A DNA stretch of 64,000 nt, from NCBI GenBank assembly GCA_030141605.1, contig JAQGDQ010000002.1, forward strand, positions 434,001-498,000. Reading direction: 5' to 3'. The translations under genes and the position numbers were made by a program. Within the stretch, counting starts at the first letter, position 1. The number at the start of each line of letters is the position of its first letter. The stretch comes from Tubiluchus corallicola. Taxonomy: Eukaryota; Animalia; Priapulida. Shown piece after piece: positions 1 through 13,348 of this stretch. The notes under the pieces were generated by a model. That model ran no database searches. It was not told where the DNA came from and worked only from the letters and a program-made list of their open reading frames with translations.

Positions 1-1320
1 CTTTGGGCAAATAACAAAATTTTGAATACACTGAAATATTAGGCAATTCATTTCATAGCTTAAGCTTGCATTCCCATGAAGAAGAAGATTTGTAATATCG
101 TTATCTGACAATTCATAAATATTGATATTATCAGAGCCCAATATTTCCTTGATTTTGACAAGCATGTATGTCCTAGCTAGAGTAAAAAGAGGACATTTTA
201 ATATAAAATTAAAAAAGAAGCCACACCTGCAATCTGGTAAGACACGAGACCCATCAGTATGAACACAGCCACTAGCCAAAATTCAGTTACCTAAATCCAA
301 CACGCATGCGCGTGTGATAGACTGAAGCTGGACGTTTGCCATATGAGTAATGTTTATGATGTACATTAAAGTTTAGGTACTTTTTAGTTCTTTTTTAAAT
401 GCCGACGAGACGTCAGCTCACGCAAGTTTGCAAGTAAAGCATTCCAGTAATATATGGATGCCACAAAAATGATTTCTCAAACGTAACCGATCTAACATCA
501 AAGTTTCTATAATTATTGCCATTTCGTACATAGTACGGCGTAATCTCTTGTACTTTGGGCGGAAGAATAGAACAGAGATACTGGGCTGTTAAGTTGTTGA
601 TAATTTTGAAGAATAGACAGATGCGACTGTATTTGAAACACAGTGATAACTTGTTTAAGCCACAGTTTAATAATACCTTATCCGGGTCCGATCTGTACAT
701 AACTCCTGAACAAATTCTGGCTGCAGTGAGATGAACATTTTCTAAAAGACGCTGAGCGTTTTCATGACAACCTGACCATATAACATTACCATATTCAATT
801 GCAGGTAAAACTGTGTATTTGTACTGGCATTCACAAGTATCTCTAGGTATATAATGAAAAAAAACTACGCAACGTGTTTAATTTAAAGTTGGCTTTCTCA
901 ACTAGTTTATTAATATGATACTTCCGGATCAGATCTACTGTGAGTTGTATGCCCTAATGCTTATGTGTGGCAACTTGTTTTAGGATATTGTTACTCATGA
1001 ATAAAGATGGGTAAACTGTCGGATTTCTTTTCCGCGTGAACAGCAAAACTTGTGTTTTTGAGGGACTGAATGTGACCAACCAAATTTTGGCCCATTCCTG
1101 GAATTGTACATAGGTCTAAGTTCAGACGATAGGCTGATTCTATAGAATCATCATTATACACATCTATTAAAAAAATATCATCAGCATATAAGCGCATATC
1201 ACAGTGAATATTCTTATTAATATCATTAATATCATGTACACCAAAAACAGCAAGTACTAAAATTGAGCCTTGGGGAACCCCAGCTTTAGAAACCTTGTAT
1301 TTGACGTACTACATCCCAAA
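1..1320 (-). mobile_element. Decayed CR1/L2-group non-LTR retrotransposon, 3' part of ORF2 (RT to C-terminus), 5'-truncated
   Basis: The minus strand gives AGVPQGS (~1285-1265), LYADD (ORF 991-1197), IEYGNVIWSGC..LLENVHLTAARICSG (~800-705) and the C-terminal C.CG..KCP..LLLHGN..LS..N..IF block (~240-10), with frameshifts and stops. Confidence 0.88.
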
Positions 1321-1329
1321 ATTACTACT

Positions 1330-1720
1330 TAATGCAAATATGAAAATGTGGATATGATACCACAAAAGTATGAAAATAGTGTAACTAAAAAACATTTTTC
1401 GTGCGCGTGATTTCCAAACGACACGGATCCAGAAAAATGGGCGTAGCGTGGCAGCCCTGTGGCCGTGACGGCTGTGTAGCACACCATTGGATAGAGAATT
1501 AAGCGGATAATTGCCACTGAGCGCCATCGCGGTAGGTGGCGCTTCTCAAAAATACACATATTTTGACGATTTTCGGACCATAATTCAGGCGGGTTAAAGG
1601 CTCGCAATCCGAAATTGTAAGCTAAGGTGGCCCGCTACCCTAGTTACAAGCACGCCAGATTTGGCCAATTAGCACTGTCTAGTTTGTGAATTATTCCAGA
1701 AAGATGCGTATTTCGGAAAC
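1330..1720. mobile_element. CpG-rich non-autonomous DNA-transposon-like insert abutting the LINE truncation point
   Basis: Abrupt rise in GC/CpG, no coding homology, internal hairpin AGCGCCATC-gcggta-GGTGGCGCT (1520-1543). Ends not resolved. Confidence 0.3.
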
Positions 1721-1993
1721 TAAACATTGCAGAACCAAAATAACAACAGATCTTGAATTTCAAATTTTCGACCGGACATCCCCTTTATTGTCGTTTTCTG
1801 GCTAAGTGAAACTCGACGCGCGACTTTGACAATTTGCATCAGATTCTACGTTTTATTGCGAATTCAGTGATGTATGGCACTCCTCTGTAGGACACATCTT
1901 CCGTTCACAAAGCGTTTAAATGAAACCATGTCGATACCTAATGGTCGATGGTGACTTCTAGGTCAGTTAAGTCTTCAGTGTTAGTCGCGATAG

Positions 1994-2040
1994 ACTGGCG
2001 AAAATAACACTGGCGAATTGTATACTGGCGAAACGACATT
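1994..2040 (+). repeat. 15-bp-period tandem repeat (ACTGGCGAA core x3), MITE-internal type
   Basis: ACTGGCGAA at 1994, 2009 and 2024. Confidence 0.7.
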
Positions 2041-5000
2041 CAACCGTGCTTGTTCACCTATCGTTACTGTTTCTGAGATTTAGTTACAGCTGACTGCCAA
2101 TTGTGCTTTGTTGCTGATTTGCAATTCAGCCTACAAGCCAAAGAAATATGACAAACCCAAAATTTTCAAAATTATTTGTAGAAACTTGCAACCGTTAATC
2201 ACAATTATGTCTGATCCTAATTATATAAGAGAAAAAAATCATCAATAGACAACAGAGAGAAAGTTTAAAAGAGCTCCACGAAGGCAAAAAACTAACCTAC
2301 ACGTACAGACGAAAGACACTACTTCTCACTAGTCTGAGCTAGCCTATAAATTAAGCAAGAGTATCTAAACTGTACAGACAAGCTCAGACATACTTCTAAC
2401 GACATACTATTTGTAGTTTGAATGTCATTCGTAAAGACAAAATTTCACTTGGATACTGAATGTTCACTTTCCGAGTATAAATTGTAAGATATTTATGCAT
2501 TGATTTATATGTATTTCTTATAATTTACAAGACAACGGATTTAAACAAAAAGCCAATCAGCTGAATATGGAGAACGTTCGTTGGTTGGTGGAGAAATAAA
2601 AGTTAGATAAATAAGACGCCGGTGTGTCAGGAAATTAATACAAAATATTGCGCCTTACTTGACAAAGTCAAGTTGCATGCTTGTGGCATTTGTTGGATTT
2701 TCACTCATTCGTTTAAATAAGAGCCCAGAGAGAGAGGCTGTTATACAATGGCATTTTGGTTATGAGATTTATCTCTTTATGTTCTGGCATGTTGTTATAC
2801 ATATTGTAACGAACTTCCCCTCCCCCAAAAAATCATGTTGTTACTCCCCGGGGGGAGAATGGCCTAGTCCTGCACGAACCCGAGCTGAGTACATGAGTCA
2901 GTTCAAGCGAGCAATCTCCAAAGCAGTATATCAGACCAATACGCCAAGACTATGCCACACACGCTAATGCAAAGACTGCTTACGATTCGGAAGCAAGGAA
3001 GCAATTAAATTCGCAAAACAGTGAAACACAGAAAAGATTACCGTTTGACCTTTTCAGCGAAAATCCGGTTCACAAGAGATTTAATGTGTCACAGAATTTC
3101 AACAAGCAGTCTAACTCCAAAACTATTTCAAATGTCATTACAGCTGGATAAGTGAGGTAAATTCTCTCGAACTTGGAACTATTCTAATTATGAAGCCAAT
3201 GTCTCACTTTTCTTACATTGATTTCTACTTACGATTAATAGCATCCTGAACATCTAGAACTGTCTTACAAAATAGCACTTGTTGTTCGATGTGGAAAATT
3301 AGGCCAAAGAATGACTGACATGATCTTTGCCTGCGACTTTGAGATAGTGCTACCAAAGTATTGAGGTTTTTTTGCTACAGACGAATAGTGAAGGTGCAGA
3401 AGAATCTGGTCAAAAAAGGAACTGTGACTAAGCTAAACTTAATTTGAAACTAGGAAGCCAATTAGCACGCAAGCCATAAAATGGAAAAAATTTACATAGT
3501 ACGTTATTGCGTTATTGCTTAGTTGCACATTCTAACTATTGGAACTTTTTGCTAATTTGCTAAAAATGTCTACAGGTATTTTTGCAAATCAATTTAATAG
3601 GTTTATTAATTAAAAATTAGTTTTTGTCTTCAGATTTTGCACCATGAACAATGATGCTTCGTCACAAAATAAATAGTTATTATGTCATTGTTAGTATTGG
3701 CGTTTGTGGTTTCGTTGTATTTAATTTTATATTTTATACAATTTAGCAATCTGTAAGCCACAGTCCAACACTAATTGGCAGGTGTAGTTATTGGAAGTGG
3801 TTGTGGCGGAACAGGAATTTAGGTTGTTAACAAAATTAACCTCTGAGATGAGACAAAGAATTAGCAGAAGATTTTCACCGCGTTCAAAAACGTTCTCCTC
3901 CTGATTTTCCCGGCGGTTACTCATTTATTTGTTGACCGTGCTTGATATTACTTAACTCCGTTCCTTAAAAATACACTATGACCATTCAGCATCGATTAAC
4001 TTTTATTATATAAGAATGTCCTCTGCACACGTAAACTATTCTTTAATAATATTTATTATGTAGCAACTGTTACATAATAGAGCTACCCGATGTTATTAAA
4101 CCACGGTAAATAACTATTAAAACTCCACAAGCTTTACAATTTAATAGCAATTACTAATTAATAAGAGATACTGTTCCATAACTACCACATTCAATGACAT
4201 AGCGATTATCGATACAATATAGTGCAGTGACCCTTTCAACTTAACCCTCTAATATCAACGGTTATGTAACCCGTGTGATACAAACCTAACAAGTCTTCAA
4301 AACTTTAAATATTTTTACCATCTCGAAGTTTTTTTATCATTACGATCTAGTTTTAATATGCTGTCATCTAATTCCCAATTTGCAAGAGGACCACCGAGCG
4401 ACCCTATTTCGTAAATCTGCACAAACTAATTCAATATCATATCGACCATTTATCTTTGCCAGATCATGTACGAGGACAGGATTACTGTTTAGAAATTTGG
4501 CTTCACCACATGTAGGCGTTACATGAAAATGGACACAAAACCTTGTTTAACTACAAAGACTCTTTAGAAACCGCACGCCAAACGTTGAATGTGAACTACT
4601 AATGTTAGGATACTGCACTAATCGATGACAAACCATTGCAAAAATACCCTGCCTACTTGTAACCCAAGTATAGTCGGTTGTGCAAACTGCAGTTGGCTTA
4701 TACTGATCGATTAATAATATGCAGCGATTGTGCTTACCAGAGTACCAATCCTTTAATGTGTTATATGTGGTAGTGCAGTAAAGTATCCGGAAGGCAGTTG
4801 CACACAGTGTTCACGCTGGACATTAACCACGCTATTTGCACGAACATGTTCCGCAACACAGGCGTGGTTACATTGGTTAAAGGTGCGATGAAAAAATTGA
4901 ATCTATAGAATGGGAACTAACCCGACGAACCCTTTACTTATTTATCGTTTGAGTGCCCAGTGGTCGACTGAAGAAGACATACTAAAACAGCACGGTACAC

Positions 5001-5450
5001 TGCTACCTACTCTGTGCCAGTCAAGAACGGCAACAATCGCACGCGCTGACGAATTTCTCTGACCCAACAATGGCTCTTGCCGTGTTGATCCAACGTACTT
5101 TGGACAAGACAAATGGCTCATTGTATCAAATTGGTACTTTTAGTTTTGCTAAAGAGCAAAACAGCAAACGGAAAGACAGTAAAAGTCTCGTTAAAACCTC
5201 ACATCCTAACCAAACAGCATCCAGAATCAGCAGGAGGGAACCTGCTCATCGGATTTTGGGCGGTATTCCTAACTGCTGCAAAGTTACCTCCACCGAACTA
5301 TTACCCAGCTGAACTACTTTTTGTATGCGTAGCAGATTGCTTGCTGCTAAGTAACTTCTTACCACATGCCACGAAACGCAACAAACACCAAATATACATT
5401 TGAGCAAGTAATCTTTATCGTAAATTGCTACAATTAAACACCCGATTTAC

Positions 5451-5692
5451 CTTCTTCCAGTTTCAAAGGAGAAAATGTCCCTATCGAATCCATACCTCCG
5501 CAAGCAGTGCAACGGCCACCGGACGGTTTTTGAGCCATCTTGTTCAACGTAGACGATGTCTTCAGTCGTAACTTCCATGTTTCCTTGCCCCAGTGTAGTT
5601 TCTTCACCCAAATTTGCCTCATCAATCCTGTCAACTGCAAAAGTCTGCTCTTGGCTTCCCTTATTAAAGAGTGTGCAGTTGAGACATCCCAT
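5451..5692 (-). CDS. FRS2: First coding exon of fibroblast growth factor receptor substrate 2/3-like adaptor (lipid-anchor N-terminus plus IRS-type PTB domain)
   Basis: MGCLNC...LGQGNMEVTTEDIV...VRWPLHCLRRYGFDRDIFSFETGR aligns with vertebrate FRS2 MGSCCSC...LGSGIMELTDTELI...VKWHYLCLRRYGYDSNLFSFESGR. Acceptor ctatctgacAG at 5723-5722 (exon starts 5721). Phase-2 donor AAG|GTAAAT at 5451/5450. Confidence 0.92.
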
Positions 5693-5879
5693 AATTTCAG
5701 GATAAACAAAGACTTTCGATCCTGTCAGATAGATCGATAGGAGGAGACCATTTGTGTCACAGTTTATCGATTGCTTTAATATGCCGCTTCAACCAAATGA
5801 TCTTAGAACATATTCATGCCACTGGTTTGCTAAAATACAAATCAAAACACAGGTTACGAACATTTCCTGTTCTTATTTT

Positions 5880-5977
5880 ACTTATTTATTTATTTATATT
5901 ATTTGGTTTATTTATTCGTTTATTTGTTCGTTCGTTCGCTCGTTCATTCATTCATGCATTCATTTGTTCATTTGTTT
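5880..5977. repeat. Compound tetranucleotide microsatellite (TTTA/TTCG/TTCA)
   Basis: Directly visible. Confidence 0.9.
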
Positions 5978-8900
5978 GAAAGTATTTTAATTTTTTTCTA
6001 CTTTTGTAAGGAGGTAGTAATGTAGTATCGCCTTATTAATGGGAAAGACACCTGACTAAAAACAATGCCAAACCACTTCTCTGAATTAGCTAATTAATCT
6101 CACACAACTGCAATAAAGTTCTAAGGAGAGAGTTGAGAAAGTTATTCTGCTTGACTGGGTTCGCATAGTTTGGAAGTCTAGTTACCATCCATCTCTTCAT
6201 ACATTAATCAGAGCCAGAAATGTTCAGGAAGCCGATCGTATGCTAAACCACTTTTCTATACCATAGTGTCTTAACACTAACATTGCCAACATGACTCATT
6301 ATGCTACGTAACAGCAAAAGAAACCATAATTTGCGTTAATTACTGAAAGAGTGTGAATGTTGAGCAGTTATATCAACGTTGGGGACCCACTTAAAAGCGA
6401 CACGTAATTAGATTCCAGTGAGAGTTGCAATCTCAGGTTTACCGGTCATGATTAAGATTGCATAGAGCGAAAAGCAATGTCACTGCTTTCACACACACAG
6501 AAGTAACTTGAAGCTGCACAAAAGCTAACAAAGTAACCATCGTGGCGCTCTATGATTATGCTTAGTAGATTACCAATTTGATCATACAAATTGGCTTCGT
6601 TTTCCAATATTAATTAAATGTTGGCACAGCGTTACGATGAGGGAATGTTTCCAGGCAAAAGATAGTAGGTGTTATGACCTGTTTGGCTTGCTTCTCATTA
6701 TTTCCGGCGTTCTTAATGGCACTGGGAAGCTTTGATAGATTTGGATAAAGCATCCATAACTACAAACACAATTATAAATGTTCACGATGGATATAAATAG
6801 CCTATCATCCACGAATCCGTTAAATATATTTATACTTATTTGTATTATTCGCAGTTTTTTCTATCCTTGTTGCATTCAAATACATTAAGAGGTTGTTAAC
6901 CACGAAGTGGAATAGCTTAGCTATGGGCATAAGTATTTGCGTCTGCACAAGATATTTAAAGTTTTAATCTTGCAACTAAAAATGATTTATTAAGTCATGT
7001 AGATTTGTCTTCAAAAAATTGTCTAAACCATGTCTCGCTACTGACCTAACCATGTTTCATCATTTACAAAAATAGTATTAGCTTAGTGTTGTTAGTGTTA
7101 TTATATAAAAAAATAACAATATTTTTAGATATACTAAGATACAAGACTATCTTAGCTACATATTCTTGCTCCCACAAAACAAAATCTGGTTAAATTGCAG
7201 CAAGAATCTTAGCGCTTATTATATGTCTACATCTAAATATATAAGTATATTTCAGTAGAATATGTTATATGTTTACCCTGTAAAAGGTAAACTGGGATAT
7301 GGAAATATGGAAAAGTGATAAAAAGTGTTGAAAACAAGATAAAATAAATGCTTATTACTAGTAGATGGAAAAGCTAGAGGAGTGACGGCAGCTGTTAGAC
7401 GATTTTATAAAGAATGAGAGTTTTCTTGATGAACGCATCAAAGTACATGTACATATTTTTCTAAAAAAGTTTCACTTTTCAGTGAAAAAACTAATGTGCT
7501 TCTTAGCATACAAAAATTTTTCACGAGTGCATAAAAAACTGCGAACTTTACTTAGAATGGATCGTTTAGCTAGTCAATTAACTGATCAGTAAATTTTGAC
7601 CGAATTTCCCATTTAGTGTATTTTTTATTATTTTTAGATACATTTAGTTTATACTTTCACTATCAAAAATGTTTCCCGAACTCGTATATGGTTAAGTGCT
7701 CGGCAAATTATTTCTTCAAGAATGCAAGCCTCAGTAGGAAGTTAATGAAGCTGCACAAAACGTTTTTAGGAGCATCACTACAATCCATCTGAAATTCGTG
7801 CAAATACATGGACAGTACTTTATAAAACAGTTATACTTTCAACAATGGAATGTCATGAATACACAGTACAAACTACATACAGACACACATACATAAGCAA
7901 CAGCAATAGTAACACAGAATGCTATTGTTATATTAGCTAATTGTTTCTGCATGGATTTAGTACTTTAGTAATTAAAAACAGAGACTCAGACGGTATATAG
8001 GTAATAGAAATTCATTATCGCGCATTCATTATCCGGTATCACGTCTATGGAACGCCTTTTAGATAAAATTGATAGTCAATTTTATAATTTTCATATCACC
8101 ACTACTTACAAGAAAAAAATTATTATTATCATTAATATCTCTAAATTTTGGTACAATTAAAGCTACTTTATCATAAAATATAATTCTCAAGGCATTATAA
8201 AAAGACATCTAGTTACGAAGTGTAGTTGTTCCTCAATTTCATTAGGGCATACATATACCATTATTTGTACATGAATGCTTCCTTGTTTACGATATCCACC
8301 GTGTTGGTGCATTTAGTTACAGCGTATTTATTGATATCAAAAAAGCAAGTAGTTCTCTAATTGACAGTGCATTTTAAAAGTTCTATACGTTCGTCATTTA
8401 CTTTAGCTTTCAGTTCTGTTATGGTTGTAAATTTCATTTACCACAATTGTTCATAATCATTCGTTATTCTTTTATCTAATTTGTTGAAATCTCGCTATAA
8501 GTGACTCTACACGTATAATAACACTTTCTAAACATAAAATGACACTTCTGTTTTCATAAACCTCGGCAACCACATTACTTGATTGGCATTTTGTAGTCTC
8601 GAAAAGTGTGAAATTGCCTTTCACTTGCAAGAAGACATTGTGTTTACTGTGTGACAGTAGCTGTCTAGATGTGGAAACACTGCACATGATGTGACAGTTC
8701 AGATGACTTGACAGCTCAGCTACTGTCAGCACCTCTCCACGCCGTTTACTGTCGGCCACAGTAATAATCTATAAAATGGAACAGACAGAACTCTAATGCA
8801 TATCAATTATTGGTCCAGCACGAAATTTCACTTACTTACAGTAGCACACTGCTTGGAAATTCAATTGAGTTGTAATTTATAAATAAATATCATGCTGTCC

Positions 8901-10279
8901 GCAGTCGCTCGCTTCCAAAGGCACACGACCAGGAGATTTTGATAAGGCAATTTCGAGGGCCAAGTGGCATAATGCCAGCAGTAAAAAAATTATTGACAAC
9001 GAAACAAATTTCAGCATACACAACTGGACGAGACAAAATACATAAAACAAAGGTTGTCCACTCACACAGAATATCAATGCCCTAAGTTCAAGTGCGGTTT
9101 TAAAAACATGATGCGGTAAAGGTGGTGGTAGCAATACTGATATACTGTAGCTTTAAAAATTTTACAGTTATTTGTAAGTAATAAAACTCAGTCTTTGATT
9201 AATTGTTTTTGCCAAGTTCAAAATCTAGTGATTACTTTACTTGGTGTAGCATTCATAAGGTTACTGAGGTAAAGTTTGTATCCCAGAATTCTGCAGATTC
9301 CCTCAAGCGCGTGAGTAAATACAGAAACAGATTAGATGCTCTTCATCTTGGACTTTCATACCTATAAGGCCATATAATGTAACTGATAATAAATTGTGCC
9401 TCTTTTTATATTACTGTATCCTTATTTTGGCATTTTGCAAATGTTATCATGACTCAATCATCGTCATAACATGCATTCCTCATCAAAATGCTGAATTTCT
9501 ACCTTTTCGCACTTTGTGTTCATCTTAGAAAGAAATTGTATGCTCACGGTAAATCTAATAAATTATAAAATTTTAACTTGATCGCAGCTACATCGCTTTT
9601 CTACGGGAATCCTAGCAAATCGGTGTGAGCTCAAGCGCGTTCTAGCAGCTATACGTTGATATTCGGATATATAGTCCGAAATACAAAATCCGTAGAATGA
9701 CTCATCTTGAATTTTGAAATCAGCTGTACGTCGCGATGTATCCAAATCTTGTAAGGCGCGTGGTTTTGCGTCTATATCAGATTTCGGGCTCTTCAGAATC
9801 TCTCAATTTCTTTGGCACATTTCCCCATAGTGTATATAGGGCTGTATCTAGGTCTGTCTTAGTTCAAGAGCTGACCGTAAATAAACTAAGTAAATAAAAG
9901 AACTAGATGCATAAAAATCATTGGCAGTGACTTTCTTTAAAAAATTCAATTGCCTTGATTTAATTTCAAATTTACAGCTGATTATATATGTATATACCGC
10001 TCTCAATATGCACCAGATCAGTACATGTATATCGGGCGTACAGTAAACACTTCTTTCAACCTCTGCAGCATTGACTGACAGATGCACTGCAAATTATTGG
10101 CCAGATATGATTCGCACCCACACAAAACAATGCTTGACATAGCACTTTGCCAAACCAATTTCTTCACTGAAAGGGACGTCTTTATTTTTAGCAATGAAAG
10201 AAGAATATTTTCAAAGAATGGCCATCTTTACATAGATGAGAAGTTGAAACTTGATTTTCAGCTTGTAGTACGATGATTA

Positions 10280-10535
10280 TATTGCATAAAGTTATTCGTA
10301 AATTGTTGTATGTTACGTAACTTACGTGTGCATAACTTATCTGCGTATGTGCTCATAACTGCTGTACGTGAATTAAACTTAAATCGCTTACGCATGGGGA
10401 GGTTAAGTGCACTTAACGGTTCGTATTTACTAGTGATACATGAATCGCAACTAATTCCTTAAGCATGCGTAAATCGTTCGTACGCACAAAGTGTGTACTC
10501 AGCACAACTGAGAAAATGTTTATATTTATGAAAAT
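10280..10535. mobile_element. Possible degenerate MITE with TTACG/CGTAA-rich palindromic interior
   Basis: Many short palindromes (gttacgtaac, gttaagtgcacttaac) and cataaa...tttatg ends. TIR and TSD not firmly resolved. Confidence 0.3.
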
Positions 10536-11810
10536 TTCAAGATTTACTATGTGTAGCAGGTTCATGTATGGCATTTTGCCACTTAGTATCCCTGGTATCA
10601 GTACTTTCTAGAAAGTAATAGATTGGTAATTAGAGGAATGTTGCGCGTATATTGCAATAGAATTTACAATTCATATGTGTACGCTACCTTACTTGTTGCT
10701 ATATATGATATTGTTCTTAAACTTTAAAATCAGATTTTTAGTTGTAGGCAAACCTTATCTTTAATGCAACAGAAATTAATCAGTCTATGTGACTGTATAA
10801 GTACTGCTTATAATTCTACGAAAGAAAAACGTATAGTTACTATGGTACGTTTACAATGGGGAGAGGAAAGAATTGGTTAATTACTTCCTTTGCAATCAAT
10901 ACACCAACAGGTAAAGCTCCTAACAGTAATTATTTTAAGAAAGTTTACTGGATAAGTAAACAACCCGGACTCAATATGTTGTTTCGCACCATCGACTTTT
11001 GTCTAGTTAAAGTTCATATGCAAATAGATAATTGACGATGAGAGAATTTGATTAACTGGAAACATCCGTTTGTTACAACTATTAAGGTTGGCTACATTAG
11101 GATTACTCGGCTGGTACCTTTCTTGTTAAGTATCACTCTGTCGATGCTATTGGGTGTCGGACAGTCATTTGTTTGTCGTCGTTAAAAAGTCTATGGGAGT
11201 CGCTTGAATTTCACAATGTTCAAGTCGACTAAAGTCAATCGTTTGCCATCATCCTAAAATAACTGTGGTCCATCAGTTTTCAACGTCATCGATCGTGGTC
11301 ATCAGTGTGTCACCTTACTCATGCATAATGTTTCAACAAGCGCCACAGAATATTAATTTAAATTTCGCACAAACTAATACTGCCTATTCCAACTTTTGCA
11401 GCAATCAGCTTACAACCACAAGGACACAAAGTCTACTAATAAGACTTCGTGAATAATAAATTATAATATCTGGATTTATACTGTGTTCGATTTGATGAAT
11501 TCAACAGTCCTTGTTAAAAGCAGTCTCGTTCTAATAAATGTGACATATTTTCTGGGACGTAAATCTCACGTTTATAGACTTGCACAATCTGCGGCTGTCT
11601 AATAGATAACGAATATAAACGATGGTTTTCTCGATTTTTCATCATCTGAATTTAATCAAGTGTCGCGGTTGCCACAATAACTCCTTTTACAAAGAAACCA
11701 TCGTGCAAAACTCAGTCTTATTAATTTTTGCACAAGTAATCTTCTTATTCAGTTTATTTACATGATGTACAACCACATTTATCAAAATAAACAGGATACC
11801 CAAAATTCTG

Positions 11811-11863
11811 CATTGGGATTCGAACAAGTTTCCCTCTAATAGTAAGGCAACGTGTGCTCAACC
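11811..11863 (-). mobile_element. Degenerate tRNA-derived SINE head
   Basis: The minus strand reads GGTTGAGCAC...GTTCGAATCCC (partial A-box, good B-box) but forms no complete cloverleaf. Confidence 0.4.
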
Positions 11864-11864
11864 T

Positions 11865-13080
11865 GAAGAAACTAAAAGAGCTTGAAAGAGCAGTTCATAA
11901 TCAGTTAACCAGCTTCTTCACTGCAAATGACTAGTTAGTTAATGAGCAGTCAGGGTTCAGGAAAGATCAGCACAGTAGCGCGACAGGCATTGTCAATGTT
12001 ACAGATTACGTTTTAGCAAATGGATAATTGTGAATATGGAGGTGTGATCTTCCTAAATTTAAAAAAGGCGCTTGACATCATAAATCACCAAATATTAATT
12101 GAGAAACTTGAAAAACAGTTTGGCATCAAAAACAAAGAATTGATATGGCCTTCAAGTACCTTGTGTAATACAAAACAATTATTGCACTGTTGTTGGTAGA
12201 CGCAATGTTTAACTGTCGCAATATATTCACAGGAGTACCATACGGCTCCATTTAGGTGTTTTATTGTTTATAATGTTTATTAATGACATTACGAAAATGG
12301 TACGTCGTAGTAAACTGGTATTATGTGCTGATGAAACTGCTAGTATGTCAAACTATAATTGTTCAACCACTCTTGAAACTGATTTGAATAATGACCTCAG
12401 TCAGTGATATTGCAGTATGGATGAATCACAATAAGCTAACTTTAAATATGAACCAAACTAAAGTAATGTTGTCTGGGACAAGTAGAAAATTAAAACACGT
12501 TAGTGAATTTAATTTATTACTAAATAAATGTCATATTGACATTGTCAGTAGCATGAAATATTTAAGTACTCACTTTAACCTCAATTTAAAATCGAACAAA
12601 CATGTTGATAAAATTGCTGGTAAAATATCGCAGAAAGTCTCGGTTGTTGAAAATATCAACAGCTATATCCCACAGAATAACATTAAAACTTTGTTTAATG
12701 CTATCTTAGTGCTTCATATAGCTATTGTTCTGTTTTGAAACCAGGTTTGAAAAATATATTGATGTCGCATTCAAAAATTACAGAATAGAGCATTGAGAAT
12801 AATCCTAGGTTGCAGTACTCGAGATTCTCATGCAAACGACATGTATAATGAACTAAAGTTCATGAAAATAAAACAGAAAAGAGATTATCTGAAAGCAGTA
12901 ATGATTATATCTGAGTCAGAACTTTCGATTTACTGCAAGTGTTCATAATCGCATCACAAGGTCACAGTTATTGTCATCTAATCAGTTATATGTAAATGTT
13001 GTTAAGCTTGAGCATGATAAGCATACATTTTATTACCCAGGGGTTATTCTTCCAAATTACATGAACATTTAAAGCATTTG
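11865..13080 (+). mobile_element. Decayed CR1/L2-group LINE reverse transcriptase fragment
   Basis: LERAVHNQL (11881), NEQSGFRK (11941), KKALD (~12062), GVPYGS (12232), CADET in place of YADD (12324), WMNHNKLTLNMNQTKVM (ORF 12391-12738), KLQNRALRIILG (~12775). Many disablements. Confidence 0.9.
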
Positions 13081-13275
13081 CTAAAACTAATTTTTGTGTA
13101 TTGAATCAGATATCAGTCGCAGTTATGTACCTCATTACTTTATTTCTTTTGTAATTAACTTAATTTTGTTTGTTTTAATACTAGTCGTGACTAAATTATT
13201 ACCTGATAATTACTTTATTCTGTATTCTGTTAGAGAATCATGAACGTAGTATTGTCATGAAATTGTATGCATGAA

Positions 13276-13292
13276 ATATATATATATATATA

Positions 13293-13332
<40 letters not shown>

Positions 13333-13348
13333 CGTGCGTGTGTGTGTA
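13276..13348. repeat. (TA)n(TG)n microsatellite
   Basis: Directly visible. Confidence 0.95.

Noticed and set aside
4570-4655. Minus-strand QGIFAMVCHR, resembling FRS2 QGIFAFKCAR, as the next FRS exon
   Set aside because: The conserved CxTG is missing, the acceptor has no pyrimidine tract, and similarity stops immediately. It is probably chance, and the true exon is likely left of the window.
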